The notes under the pieces: generated by a model
Seen by the model: the letters and a program-made list of their open reading frames with translations, nothing else
What the model was told of the DNA's origin: nothing
Databases searched by the model: none
NCBI GenBank assembly: GCA_036260255.1
Contig: DATAAF010000005.1
Coordinates: forward strand, 22,947-86,946
Length of the DNA stretch: 64,000 nt
DNA from: Acidimicrobiales bacterium
GTDB taxonomy: Bacteria > Actinomycetota > Acidimicrobiia > Acidimicrobiales > AC-14
Direction: 5' to 3'
Shown: piece after piece, positions 37,047 to 46,824 of the stretch
Layout: the number at the start of each line of letters is the position of its first letter
Numbering within the stretch: position 1 is the stretch's first letter
Translations under genes and position numbers: made by a program

Positions 37047-38741
37047 CTACGGCGAGGCGACCTCGCCGGTGCGGCGGCGCAGGCGCCGGCGCAGCTCGAG
37101 CGCCAGGAAGAGGAGCGCCCCACCGAGCACCAGGTAGCGGGAGTCGCCGCCCGTTGCGGACAGCTGGCCCCGGCCGATGTCCGGCCCGATGAGCGTCGTC
37201 GAGCCGCTGATGGCGGCACCCTGGAACTGGGCCTGGCCCACGATCGCCTGTCCGGCGGCCCCGCCCGTGCAGTTGCCCAACGTGGCGGTCACGTCGGCCG
37301 TGTCCCTGGCCACGCCGGTGCCCCCGACGACCCGGCCGGTCACGGTGAGCCGTATTGGTGGCTGTCCTCGGGTGTAGTTGCCGAGGTTCTCCCATCTGAC
37401 GGTGTTGCCTTGGACCACGCCGCCGTTGCTGGCGCTCAGCAGCTGGATCCGCGGGTTGCCGCTCTGGACGCCGTGGGTGTCGGTCACCCTGATGCCGATG
37501 AGGTCGCAGGCGAAGAACCGGGCGAACAGGGCGGGGTCGGACGGGATGGTGATCGTCCAGGTGATGGTGTCACCGGCGGCCGCCGGGTTGGGCGTCGCCG
37601 TCTTGCCCACTGGGATGTTGCAGCGCACGCCGCCGGCAGGGACGGTGGCCGACACCTCCATGTGCCCGACGCTGAGGTCGAGCACGCCGAGGGCCTCGAG
37701 CAGCTGGACCCGGCTCACCACGTCGATCGCCGCGGCCGCCCGGGTGCCGCCGGCGAGGTCGATGGTGGGCGCGCTGCCGGGGGGGCCGCCGATGGCTCGG
37801 GGCGGCTGGCCGACGCTGACCAGGGCGATCGGCGACAAGTCGAGGGTCAGCCCGTTCTGGCCCAGGAGGTCCGAGAGCCGGACCGGGCCCAGGACGGGCA
37901 CGCCACCCGCGGTCCGGATCGTGATGAGGGGGTTGCCGAGGTTCTCGATCCTGGCCCCACCGGGCTTCCCGGTGGCGACCGCCCGCAGCCCGAACTCGCC
38001 GGCAACCTCGACGAGGAGCGTGGGCCCGAGCGCGGTGTTCAGGATGCTGACAGGTGCGGCGATCTGGCGGACCTCGCTGGCCAGACCGAAGGTGCCGTCG
38101 CCGTTCGGGATGAAGTAGGAGAACGACCGGGTCTGGGAGACGTTGTTGCCGGCGGCGCTGGTGGCCAGCGCGGCCGTGCCCGGCTCCCCGACGAGATGCA
38201 CGTTGGCGGCGTACCCGAGGCCATAGCTGATGGGCTGGCCGATGGCGCAGATGTTGGGGTCGTAGATGGCCTGTGCCTGCCCCCGCAGCAGGGACGCGAA
38301 GGCGACGGGCGACAGGTCGAGGGCGATCTCTCGGGTGATGAGATCGCTCGGCGGAGGAGCCGACGCCTCGGCGAGCCCGGTGAGCAGGAGCTGGTTGGCG
38401 GTGGCCTGCTGCTGGGCGGGGACAGCCAGTCCGACCTCGAGGCCCGTGCCGCGCCCGTAGGCGTTCTTGTTGGCCAGCGCCGGGTTGACGTTCTGCCCGA
38501 GCTCGTCGGTGCGGGGCGCCAGCCCCTGCGAGTTCACCGCCTGGGCGGCCCGGGCGGCGTGGACGCCCCCGACCGTGGTGGTCCCGACCGTGAGCACGTT
38601 CGTGCTGAGGACCGTGCCCGTCCCGAAGGCCGAGAACACCTGGTTCGCCTGGGCGCTGGCCGGCCCGGCGACGACGGCCGTGAACGCGGCCGCCGCTGCG
38701 GTCATGACCGCCGTGAGCAGCACCGCTACTCGCGTCCTCAC
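37047..38741 (-). CDS. Secreted surface protein with DUF11-like repeat domain and C-terminal LSATG sorting signal
   Basis: GTG at 38741 preceded by aagggagga. Signal peptide VAVLLTAVMTAAAAAFTAVVAGPASA. GKTATPNPAAAGDTITWTITI (DUF11-like). C-terminal LSATGG plus a hydrophobic stretch plus RRRLRRR. Confidence 0.75.
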   Translation of the reverse strand: MRTRVAVLLTAVMTAAAAAFTAVVAGPASAQANQVFSAFGTGTVLSTNVLTVGTTTVGGVHAARAAQAVNSQGLAPRTDELGQNVNPALANKNAYGRGTGLEVGLAVPAQQQATANQLLLTGLAEASAPPPSDLITREIALDLSPVAFASLLRGQAQAIYDPNICAIGQPISYGLGYAANVHLVGEPGTAALATSAAGNNVSQTRSFSYFIPNGDGTFGLASEVRQIAAPVSILNTALGPTLLVEVAGEFGLRAVATGKPGGARIENLGNPLITIRTAGGVPVLGPVRLSDLLGQNGLTLDLSPIALVSVGQPPRAIGGPPGSAPTIDLAGGTRAAAAIDVVSRVQLLEALGVLDLSVGHMEVSATVPAGGVRCNIPVGKTATPNPAAAGDTITWTITIPSDPALFARFFACDLIGIRVTDTHGVQSGNPRIQLLSASNGGVVQGNTVRWENLGNYTRGQPPIRLTVTGRVVGGTGVARDTADVTATLGNCTGGAAGQAIVGQAQFQGAAISGSTTLIGPDIGRGQLSATGGDSRYLVLGGALLFLALELRRRLRRRTGEVASP

Positions 38742-38992
38742 GTGTGTCCTCCCTTGTCGCCCGCCAGGCGGGCCGTCGCACGGTGGCCCGGGGAGCCGGA
38801 CCCGCTCCTCGTCATCCGTTCGGGGGACGCATGGTGTCGGCACCTTCGATCCGCCCGGTGCACACGTGGGTCGGGTCGTCCCGCGATCGGCGAACAGTAG
38901 CAAACCACGTCATATACATGGGGGATCGGCGCACAACGTCACAGCTCCCGCCGCCCCCCTCCTTCAGGCGCCGTTACCGTAGTCAAGTCACG

Positions 38993-40579
38993 ATGCCGAG
39001 TCCACCCCGGTCGGCCCTCGACGGTGGGCCGGCAGGGCCGTTGACGGCCCCCCTCGACGCAGTGGTGGTGGGCGCCGGCCACAACGGGCTGGTGGCCGCG
39101 TGCTACCTGGCCCGGGCCGGGCTCGACGTGTGCGTGCTGGAGGCGCTCGATGCCCCGGGAGGGGGGTCGCGGAGCGCCGAGACGGTCCCCGGCTACCGCT
39201 TCGATCTCCACTCGGTGGCCCACAACATCATCAACATGACCGACATCCCGGCCGAGCTCGACCTCGCCGGCGCGGGCCTCGTGTACCAGGAGATGGACCC
39301 CTTCAGCGTCGCCATCCACGCCGACGGCCGGCGGGTCCGCTTCTACCGGTCCGTGGAGGACACCGTCGCCTCCATCGCCGAGCACGACCGGGACGAGGCT
39401 CGCGCCTACGCCGCCTTCATCGAGAAGGCGATGCCCGTCGTGCGCACCGTCCTCCCGGCGGTGCGGGGCCAGATGACGCCCCGTGAGGTGCCCGAGCGGG
39501 TCGCGAACCTGCTGCGCTCGTTCAACCGCCGACCGGCGGCGACCCTCCGCGACCTCATCGGGCCCTACGACTCCCTCCTCCGCCGCTGGCTGCCCAGCGA
39601 TCTCACGCGCGGGCCGGTGGCGGCGTTCGCCGCCCACGCCGCGTCGGGGCCGTCGTCGCCAGGTGGGTCCCTCTTCGCCTTCTGGCAGGCGGCGTACCAC
39701 CTGTTCGGTCAGTGGCACGCGCGCGGGGGCGCCCAGGGGCTGGTCGACGCGCTGGTCACCCGGCTGCGCGCCTTCGGGGGGGAGCTGCGCTGCGGCGCCC
39801 CGGTGGCCCGCATCCTCGCCCCCGGCGGCCGGGTGCGGGCGGTCGTCACCGAGGAGGGCGAGCGAATCGAGGCGCGGGCGGTGATCACGGCCATCGATCC
39901 GAAGACCGCCCTGCTCGGGCTGCTCGACCCTCCCCTCGCCGGCGCCGACGCGGCCGACCTGGCCGCCGCCCGCCGCGGGAACGTCGTCCAGGCCGTCATC
40001 CACGTGGCGTCCGACCGCCTCCCCGCCTATCCCGGCGCCCGCCCGGGCGACTGGAACGGGCTGCAGAGCTACGTCGACCGCCTCGACGACCTCGTGGCGG
40101 CGTGGGCCGCCGCCGAGGCCGGGCTCCTCCCCGACCCCGTGCCGCTCTACGCCTTCACCACGTCGGCCATCGACGACTCCCTCGCCCCGCCCGGGCACCA
40201 CACCGTCTACCTCGCCTGCCCGGCGGCGCCGTCGAAGGTGGAGGGCGGGTGGGCGGCCCGCCGCGACGACCTGGTCGAGCGGGCCCTCGCCGCCGTCGAG
40301 GAGCGCGCCCCCGGCTTCCTCGACGGCGTCCGGGGGCTGGCCCCTTGGACGCCCGACGACATGGAGCGGCACGAGCGCTGGCCCGGCGGCCATCCCATGC
40401 ACCTCGACATCGCCTTCGACCAGCTCGGGCCCTTCCGGCCCACCCGAGGCCTGAGCCGCCACCGCACGACGGTCGCCGGCTTGTACGTGTCCGGGGCGGG
40501 CACCAACCCCTCGGGGGGCATCTCCGGCGCGCCGGGACGGCGGGCGGCCAAGGCCTTGCTGGCCGACCGGGGACGCTAG
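38993..40579 (+). CDS. FAD/NAD(P)-dependent oxidoreductase of the phytoene desaturase (CrtI-like) family
   Basis: DAVVVGAGHNGLVAACYLARAGLDVCVLE dinucleotide-binding motif. C-terminal GLYVSGAGTNPSGGISGAPG. ATG at 38993 chosen. Confidence 0.8.
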   Translation: MPSPPRSALDGGPAGPLTAPLDAVVVGAGHNGLVAACYLARAGLDVCVLEALDAPGGGSRSAETVPGYRFDLHSVAHNIINMTDIPAELDLAGAGLVYQEMDPFSVAIHADGRRVRFYRSVEDTVASIAEHDRDEARAYAAFIEKAMPVVRTVLPAVRGQMTPREVPERVANLLRSFNRRPAATLRDLIGPYDSLLRRWLPSDLTRGPVAAFAAHAASGPSSPGGSLFAFWQAAYHLFGQWHARGGAQGLVDALVTRLRAFGGELRCGAPVARILAPGGRVRAVVTEEGERIEARAVITAIDPKTALLGLLDPPLAGADAADLAAARRGNVVQAVIHVASDRLPAYPGARPGDWNGLQSYVDRLDDLVAAWAAAEAGLLPDPVPLYAFTTSAIDDSLAPPGHHTVYLACPAAPSKVEGGWAARRDDLVERALAAVEERAPGFLDGVRGLAPWTPDDMERHERWPGGHPMHLDIAFDQLGPFRPTRGLSRHRTTVAGLYVSGAGTNPSGGISGAPGRRAAKALLADRGR

Positions 40580-40608
40580 TTCTCGCCGGTCTCGGGTAGG
40601 AACCGGGG

Positions 40609-41616
40609 GTGATCACGGTGCTGGCCGCCGCCGAGACGCCGCGCCAGGAGGTGATCGCCCGCGAGCTGACCGCCGCCGACTGGATCACCGCCGGGGTCAT
40701 CCTCGCCGTCGGTTTCGCCGCCAGCGCCGCCCTGCGAACGATCCTGGGGCGCGCCCTGAAACGGGGCGACAGCGAGCGCTCGGCTGCCGAGATCGTCACC
40801 CGGGGGCTCGGGTGGCTGGTCGTGGCCGCCGCCCTGTTCTGGTCGCTGTCGATGCTCGGGGTCCGGGTGGCCCCCCTCTTCGGGGCGCTCGGCATCGGCG
40901 GTCTGGCCGTCGCCTTCGCCGCCCAGAGCATCCTCGCCAACTTCCTGGCCAGCATCATCCTCCAGGTGCGGCGGCCGTTCCGCAAGGGCGACCAGGTGAC
41001 CACCAACGACTGCGAGGGCACCGTGGAGGGCGTCAACTTCCGCACCGTCGCCCTCCGGACCTACGACGGCGAGCGGGTGATGGTCCCGTGCGCCGACGTC
41101 CTGAGCAGGCCGATCGTCAACCACACGACCTTGGGCCGGCGGCGGACGACTCTGGAGGTCGGGGTCGCCTTCAGCACCGACCTCGACAAGGCCCGCCAGC
41201 TGCTCCTCGACCGGGTCCAGCGCACCGACGGCGTGCTCGAGCGCCCGCCGTGCGAGGTCTGGGTGAAGGAGTTCGACGAGTCGGCGATCACCCTCGCCGT
41301 CCGCTACTGGCACCCTCCCGACATCACGTCATTGTGGCGGGTGCGCAGCCACGTGGCGGTCGCTGTCAAGAGCGCCCTCGACGAGGCCGGCATCGAGATC
41401 CCCTTCCCGCGGCGCATCATCGGGTTCCTGCCCGACGACGTCCCCTGGGAGCCGGGCCGGTCGGAGCACCGGTCGGACGAGGCGGACGGCGACGGTGCCA
41501 CCGGAGCCGAAGGCGACCGTGCCGCCGGAGCCGAAAGCGACGGCGACGGGCGTCAATCCTCCTCGTCGCCGTCCTCGTCGTCGTCTTCGTCGTCGGCGAA
41601 GGGCACGTCCGGGTAG
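40609..41616 (+). CDS. Small-conductance mechanosensitive channel (MscS family)
   Basis: TM3-like FGALGIGGLAVAFAAQSILANFLASIILQVRRPFRKGDQV, followed by beta-domain GTVEGVNFRTVALRTYDGERVMVP. Confidence 0.85.
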   Translation: MITVLAAAETPRQEVIARELTAADWITAGVILAVGFAASAALRTILGRALKRGDSERSAAEIVTRGLGWLVVAAALFWSLSMLGVRVAPLFGALGIGGLAVAFAAQSILANFLASIILQVRRPFRKGDQVTTNDCEGTVEGVNFRTVALRTYDGERVMVPCADVLSRPIVNHTTLGRRRTTLEVGVAFSTDLDKARQLLLDRVQRTDGVLERPPCEVWVKEFDESAITLAVRYWHPPDITSLWRVRSHVAVAVKSALDEAGIEIPFPRRIIGFLPDDVPWEPGRSEHRSDEADGDGATGAEGDRAAGAESDGDGRQSSSSPSSSSSSSSAKGTSG

Positions 41617-41780
41617 GCCCTTCGGGCCCAGTCGACGGCGGTCTCACGGCTGGAGAACACCTCGTTGCTGTGGAGCTCGACACTGGTCTCCCGCTCGACG
41701 TACCGCCACGTCCACGCGTCGTCCCCCGCACGCTCCACGTGGAGCTCAGGATGCGCGTCAGCCGCCGGGGGCATCTTCAC
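41553..41780 (-). CDS. Small acidic hypothetical protein (75 aa), last ORF of the cta-qcr unit
   Basis: Mostly G/C third positions. WTWRYVERETSVELHSNEVFSSRETAVDWARRAY core and a DDEDDDEDGDEED tail. Overlaps the qcrB stop by 23 nt and the convergent mscS end by 64 nt. Confidence 0.45.
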   Translation of the reverse strand: MKMPPAADAHPELHVERAGDDAWTWRYVERETSVELHSNEVFSSRETAVDWARRAYPDVPFADDEDDDEDGDEED

Positions 41781-43176
41781 TCGCTCGCTCCGCTCGCTCC
41801 TCGTGCCCGTCTCCGTCGTGGGACACGGCGGCGTACCGGTTGGGACGGAGGAACGCCTCGGCCGGCACGGTGGTGAACCGCTCCGCCCGGCTCACCTGCA
41901 GCCCCTTCATCAGGCGATAGGTGAGGTAGCCGACGAGCGGCGGCAGGACGAGCACGAGGACCTGGAAGAACCGGGTGATGTTGGCCACCGAGATGTCGAG
42001 CTTGTGGGCGATGAGGTCGTTGCTCGCGGCGACCTGCAGCACGATGTAGAAGGTCAGCGTCATGACGCCCAGGGCCGTGCGCACCGGACGGTCGCGTGCG
42101 CGGTCGAGCAGGTGGTGGGTCGCCCGGTCCTTGGTGAAGCGGGCCTCGAGGAACGGCCAGAGGTAGAGGACCCCGAAGGTGATGCCGGGCAGGAGCACGC
42201 CCGCGAAGAACGGGTTGGGGATCTCTATGCCGAAGGCGCGGAACTCCCATGGCGGGATGATCCGCAGCGCCCCCTCGGTCCACCCCAGCCACCAGTCCGG
42301 CTGGGCCGGCGAGGGCACCTGGTCGGGATGGAACGGACCGTAGAGCCACACCGGGTTGACCTGCAGGAGCCCGCCCATGGCGATCAAGACCGCGAAGACG
42401 GCGAAGAAGAGGCCGAGCGAGTTGACCGTGTACGTCGGCCAGAGCTTGCTCCCCACGACGTTCGTCTCGGTGCGCCCGGGGCCGGGGAAGTCGGTGTGCT
42501 TCTGGCGCCAGATGATCGCCAGGTGCACCCCCAGCAGGCCCAGGATCAGGCCGGGGACGATCATCACGTGCGTGACGAAGAGCCGGGGGATGATCTCGTG
42601 GGCGGGGAACTCGCCGCCGAAGATGAGGAAGGCCAGCCAGGTCCCGACCAGGGGAACGGAGAGAGCGATCGAGTAGGCGATGCGCAGGCCGGTGCCGGAC
42701 AGGAGGTCGTCGGGCAGTGAGTACCCGGTGAACCCGTTGAAGAAGGCGAGGATGAACAGGGTCACGCCGACGATCCAGTTCAGCTCCCGAGGCCGGCGGA
42801 AGGCGCCCGTGAAGAACACCCTGAGCAGGTGGATCACGAGGGCGGCGATGAAGACGATCGCCGCCCAGTGGTGCGCCTGCCGCATCACCAGGCCGGCTCG
42901 CACGTCGAAGCTGAGCTCGAGCGTGGAGCGGAAGGCCTCCGACATCTCCACGCCCTTCATCGCTTCGTACGACCCCTCGTAGGTCGTCTCGGCCAGGCTC
43001 GGATCGAAGAAGAAGGTCAGGAAGACGCCGGTGAGGAGGAGGACGACGAAGGAGTAGAGGGCGACCTCGCCCAGCATGAACGACCAGTGGTCGGGAAAGA
43101 CCTTGTTCAGCGCGTGCCGGGTGAACGAGGCCGCGCCCAGCCGGTCGTCGACCCAGCGGGAGATGCGGTTAATCAC
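41758..43176 (-). CDS. qcrB: Cytochrome bc1 complex cytochrome b subunit QcrB
   Basis: FPDHWSFMLGEVALYSF, MRQAHHWAAIVFIAALVIHLLRVFFTGAFRRPRELNW, GYSLPDDLLSG, PGLILGLLGVHLAIIW. Confidence 0.95.
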   Translation of the reverse strand: MINRISRWVDDRLGAASFTRHALNKVFPDHWSFMLGEVALYSFVVLLLTGVFLTFFFDPSLAETTYEGSYEAMKGVEMSEAFRSTLELSFDVRAGLVMRQAHHWAAIVFIAALVIHLLRVFFTGAFRRPRELNWIVGVTLFILAFFNGFTGYSLPDDLLSGTGLRIAYSIALSVPLVGTWLAFLIFGGEFPAHEIIPRLFVTHVMIVPGLILGLLGVHLAIIWRQKHTDFPGPGRTETNVVGSKLWPTYTVNSLGLFFAVFAVLIAMGGLLQVNPVWLYGPFHPDQVPSPAQPDWWLGWTEGALRIIPPWEFRAFGIEIPNPFFAGVLLPGITFGVLYLWPFLEARFTKDRATHHLLDRARDRPVRTALGVMTLTFYIVLQVAASNDLIAHKLDISVANITRFFQVLVLVLPPLVGYLTYRLMKGLQVSRAERFTTVPAEAFLRPNRYAAVSHDGDGHEERAERASEDAPGG

Positions 43177-44017
43177 TGGGCCTGCTCCAGTACCCGGGCC
43201 CGACGGGGTCCGGGAAGTCGCCCAGCGCCACGATGTACCCCCCGGCGTCGACGCCGATGGGCAGCTGGGGAAGGGGTCGGGTGGCGGGCCCGAAGGTCGG
43301 CTTGGCGCCGTCGGGCACCGAGAACGTCGACTGGTGGCAGGGGCAGAACAGCTCCTGGGTGGTGGCCTGGTAGAGACCCACCGGGCACCCGGCGTGCGTG
43401 CAGATCTTGGAGAAGGCGACGACGCCGCCCACCGTCCAGCCGGCCGGCCCGGGCATGCGGACGTTCGGGGGCAGGCGGATGAGGATCGTCTGGGAGTCCG
43501 CCGCGTCGGGGTGGTCCTCGGGGAACACGGTCAGGATGGTGTTGACGTCGACGTCCTCGAGGCGGACCGTCTCGCCGTCCGGCGTCACGACCCGGGTCCC
43601 CCGTTTCCACTCGGTCTTGGCCAGGCTCCGGCCCGGCTGGGTGCCCAGCGAGCGGATCGGGAAAAGGGCGGCCAGCCCCAGGGCGGCCACCGCGACGCCG
43701 AACATCTTGGCGATCAGGCTCCTGCGCTCGATGGGCTCGGCCCCCGACTGGAAGGCGGCGGCGACGCCCGCCCGCTCGGCGGCCGCCTCGGGGTGCTCGT
43801 CGCGGACCTGCACGAAGTGCCCGTGGGGCAGGACCCGCCGGGCGAACAGGATGAGAGCGACGGCGACCCCGCCGAGGGCGAGGCCCAGGAGGGCACCTTC
43901 GAGCTGCGGCTGACCGCCGAAGGCGTAGACGACGGTCACCGCGATCGCCGCGAGGGTCGCCACGACCAGAGCGAAGACGACGGCGCGGGTGCCGTCCCGC
44001 TCGCGCGTGGCGTTCAT
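43169..44017 (-). CDS. qcrA: Cytochrome bc1 complex Rieske iron-sulfur subunit QcrA
   Basis: ATG at 44017 (ATGA overlap with qcrC stop). CTHAGCPV and CPCHQSTF Rieske motifs; N-terminal TM helices. Confidence 0.9.
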   Translation of the reverse strand: MNATRERDGTRAVVFALVVATLAAIAVTVVYAFGGQPQLEGALLGLALGGVAVALILFARRVLPHGHFVQVRDEHPEAAAERAGVAAAFQSGAEPIERRSLIAKMFGVAVAALGLAALFPIRSLGTQPGRSLAKTEWKRGTRVVTPDGETVRLEDVDVNTILTVFPEDHPDAADSQTILIRLPPNVRMPGPAGWTVGGVVAFSKICTHAGCPVGLYQATTQELFCPCHQSTFSVPDGAKPTFGPATRPLPQLPIGVDAGGYIVALGDFPDPVGPGYWSRPSD

Positions 44018-44841
44018 GGCTGCTCTCCCGCCTTGGTGCCGACCCACCGGATGAAGAGCATCAGGAGGCCGAGGCCGAGGAGCCACCCCACCGCCCCCTC
44101 CACCACCGGGCCGACCCGGCCGATGGGCGCCCCTCCCTCGTCCGCCGGGTCCTTGAGGTACTCGATGTAGGCCACCAGCGCGTTGAGCTGCTCGTCGGAG
44201 ATGGCCCGCGTGCCGAAGACCGGCATGCTTCCCGGGCCGGTGCGGACCGCCTCGGCCACCGCCACCGCGTCGGAGTGCCTGAAGTCCGGGATCTTGATCG
44301 GCCTCGTCTTGTCCTCCTCTCCGGGGGGATGGGTCAGCATGGCACCGCCGATCCCCGTCGTGGCGTGGCAGGACGCGCAGTGCTCGGCGTAGACCTGCTG
44401 GCCCTCGGCCAAGTCGCCGTGCCCAGGGTCGACGTGGGGGATCTCCGGCCCCGGTGCGTGGAACTCGTTCTTCATGTACTCGACGATGTCCGATATCTGG
44501 CCCTCGTCGTACACCGGCTCCCGGGGCTGCATCTGTTCGGGCGGCTCCTCGACCGGCATCCTCCCGGTGCGCAGGACGAAGTCGGTGAGGGCGGGACCGT
44601 TCGTCCCCACCGTCAGGTCGGGGCCGTGCGCCGTCCCCTTCCCGTCCACACCGTGGCAGAAGGCGCAGTCCCGGAGGTACAGCTGCCGGCCCGGGTCCAC
44701 CGGGCCGGCGCCGGCGACGGCTTGGGGCGGCTCGTAGTACTCCGACGTCCGGTAGGGGCCCACGTCGCCCTGGAAGTAGCCACAGGCGGCGACGACCGAC
44801 GCGCCCACGGCGAGCAGCAGTGGAGCGAGCGCCCTCCTCAC
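44014..44841 (-). CDS. qcrC: Cytochrome bc1 complex diheme cytochrome c subunit QcrC
   Basis: GTG at 44841 (GTGA overlap), preceded by ggagggg. Two heme motifs, CAFCH and CASCH. N-terminal lipobox-like VVAACG; C-terminal TM. Confidence 0.9.
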   Translation of the reverse strand: MRRALAPLLLAVGASVVAACGYFQGDVGPYRTSEYYEPPQAVAGAGPVDPGRQLYLRDCAFCHGVDGKGTAHGPDLTVGTNGPALTDFVLRTGRMPVEEPPEQMQPREPVYDEGQISDIVEYMKNEFHAPGPEIPHVDPGHGDLAEGQQVYAEHCASCHATTGIGGAMLTHPPGEEDKTRPIKIPDFRHSDAVAVAEAVRTGPGSMPVFGTRAISDEQLNALVAYIEYLKDPADEGGAPIGRVGPVVEGAVGWLLGLGLLMLFIRWVGTKAGEQP

Positions 44842-45710
44842 AGCCCCTCCGCCGTCGCCACCAGCAGCCCGTCGGGAGCGGGCTCCTCGTCCATCTCGGC
44901 GAACCAGCGGAACAGCAGCCACCCGACCGTCACCACGTACACGACCGCGGGTATCCCCCACATGAAGGCGCCGGCCAGCTGCTGGTCGGCGAGGGGTGAT
45001 CGGCTCCAGAGGGCGGCGCCGGCGTCGTGCGCCGGGTACAGCGGCGTCGACGCGAAGATCAGGACGGCGCCGAGGGCCGTGCCCTGCACGCCGGCGGCGA
45101 AGACCAGGAGAGCGGCGACGGGACGGGCCACTCCCCGCCGCGCCCCGCTCGACACGACCACGCTCCAGAGCAACAGTGCGGTGCCCAGGAAGCTGGCGTG
45201 CTCGGCCACGTGGAGGAGGTGGTGGTCGAGAGCGCCCTCGTAGAGCGACGGCATGTGCCAGGCCCACAGCGCCAGCGCTCCCAGCGCCCACACGACGACC
45301 GGACGGCTCAGGGTCCGGCCGATCCCTCGCAGGGGGCCGGATCCGGCGCGGCGGGCGACGTCCCGCCCGCCCGCCGGCAGGCCGGCGACGAGGGCGGCGG
45401 CGGGCCGGGCGAACACGAGGAGAGGCGCGGCCACGACCATGAGGAGGAGGTGTTGGACCATGTGGGCGGAGAACAGGGTGGACGCCAGCGCGTCCAGCGG
45501 GGAGACCAGGGCGGCCGCCACCACCACCAGCCCCGCCGAGAAGGACGCGACGCGGACGGCCCGGTCGACGCCGGTGATCCTTCGGCCCAGCCGCACGACC
45601 CCTCGGGCGTAGACGCCGGCGGTGAGCGCCAGCCCGACGACGAGGGCCGGGTCGAACGTCCACGCCCCGCCCACCTCGCCAGGGGCCACGACCCCGTCGG
45701 CGAGGATCAC
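44838..45710 (-). CDS. ctaG: Cytochrome c oxidase assembly factor CtaG (caa3-type, polytopic membrane protein)
   Basis: GTG at 45710 (GTGA overlap). SAHMVQHLLLMVVAAPLLV, WAWHMP, HLLHVAEHASFL, GTALGAVLIFA motifs. Confidence 0.75.
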   Translation of the reverse strand: MILADGVVAPGEVGGAWTFDPALVVGLALTAGVYARGVVRLGRRITGVDRAVRVASFSAGLVVVAAALVSPLDALASTLFSAHMVQHLLLMVVAAPLLVFARPAAALVAGLPAGGRDVARRAGSGPLRGIGRTLSRPVVVWALGALALWAWHMPSLYEGALDHHLLHVAEHASFLGTALLLWSVVVSSGARRGVARPVAALLVFAAGVQGTALGAVLIFASTPLYPAHDAGAALWSRSPLADQQLAGAFMWGIPAVVYVVTVGWLLFRWFAEMDEEPAPDGLLVATAEGL

Positions 45711-46186
45711 GGCGACGTCTCGCACACGCCGAGCATGAGGGCGGGCAGGTATCCCAGGAGGATGATCCCTACGAACAACGCCCCCTCGACCATGCCCGCG
45801 AACGCCATCCAGCGGGCACGGTCGGTGGTGTCGTCGACGCCTTCGTCGCCCTCTTCGTCGCCGGCGCCAGATCGGAAGCTCCTCCAGCACCTCAGGGCCA
45901 CCAGCCCCGAGAGCGCCGCCACCGCCAGCATCGCGGTGTTGAAGAGGACCACCGCCGTGTCGACGCTCAGGCCCAGGAGCTCACCTTGCTTCTTTGTGCC
46001 TCGCGAGCAGGCGAACCATTCCTCGAACGAGTAGTTGACGCCCAGGTGCCCGGCCCACGCCACGGGGCTGCCGAGCACCGCGAACCACAGCTTGAGCGAA
46101 CGGCGGCCTTCGTCCTTGCTGATGTCGACCGAGGCCTCCTCGAGGGCCTCGGCTGCTTCAGCTTCTTCCACGTCGTTGGTGGCCAT
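45707..46186 (-). CDS. Hypothetical 3-TM membrane protein embedded in the oxidase operon (159 aa)
   Basis: ATG at 46186 (ATGA overlap with ctaE stop). Acidic N-terminus, three predicted TM helices. No family recognised. Confidence 0.55.
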   Translation of the reverse strand: MATNDVEEAEAAEALEEASVDISKDEGRRSLKLWFAVLGSPVAWAGHLGVNYSFEEWFACSRGTKKQGELLGLSVDTAVVLFNTAMLAVAALSGLVALRCWRSFRSGAGDEEGDEGVDDTTDRARWMAFAGMVEGALFVGIILLGYLPALMLGVCETSP

Positions 46187-46824
46187 CAGAGGTGCGGCGA
46201 CAGGTAGACGGACACGAGCACGAAGAGCCACACGATGTCGACGAAGTGCCAGTACATCGCGAAGTTCTGGACCGACACGTGGCGTCTCTCGTCGAAGGCT
46301 CCCTGCCAGGCGCGGAACTGCGTGAAGAGGCTCACCGAAAGCCCGACGACGACGTGGCTGGCGTGGAACCCGGTGATGGTGAAGAACATCGACCCGTAGG
46401 CGTTCGTGCGGGGGGTGAACTCGTGCAGCGTCTCCGGCCACTCGAAGGCGAGCGTGATGAAGAGGAAGATGGCGCCGAGCAGCCATCCCGCCGCCAGCCC
46501 CCATTTGAGCCGGCGCTGGTTCCCCTTCTCGATGCCCTTCTCGGCGAGGTGCACCGGGTAGCTCGACGACCAGAGGATCGCCGTCATGATGAGAGGCAGC
46601 TCGAGCTTCGGCGGGTGGATGTGCTCCGGAGGCCACTCCACCCCGGTGCGGAACCGGAGGTAGAAGTAGCTGGCCAGGAGGATGGCGAACAGCGTCGCCT
46701 CTGTGGCGATCAGCCACACCATCCCCCACCACCCGAAAGACCTCGGTCCGGTCGCCGTCTCCGGGAGGACCTCTCCCGGCACGCCCGTCTCGGCGATGGT
46801 GAGCTCGTGCGTGTCGCCCGCCAC
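46186..46824 (-). CDS. ctaE: Cytochrome c oxidase subunit III CtaE
   Basis: WWGMVWLIATEATLFAILLASYF, FFTITGFHASHVVVG, YWHFVDIVWLFVL. Confidence 0.9.
   Translation of the reverse strand: MAGDTHELTIAETGVPGEVLPETATGPRSFGWWGMVWLIATEATLFAILLASYFYLRFRTGVEWPPEHIHPPKLELPLIMTAILWSSSYPVHLAEKGIEKGNQRRLKWGLAAGWLLGAIFLFITLAFEWPETLHEFTPRTNAYGSMFFTITGFHASHVVVGLSVSLFTQFRAWQGAFDERRHVSVQNFAMYWHFVDIVWLFVLVSVYLSPHL

Noticed and set aside
38742-38992. The A/T-richer stretch acgtcatatacatggggg in the divergent region, as a promoter or small RNA
   Set aside because: It is plausible promoter DNA for one of the divergent genes, but I cannot assign -10/-35 elements with any confidence from sequence alone.
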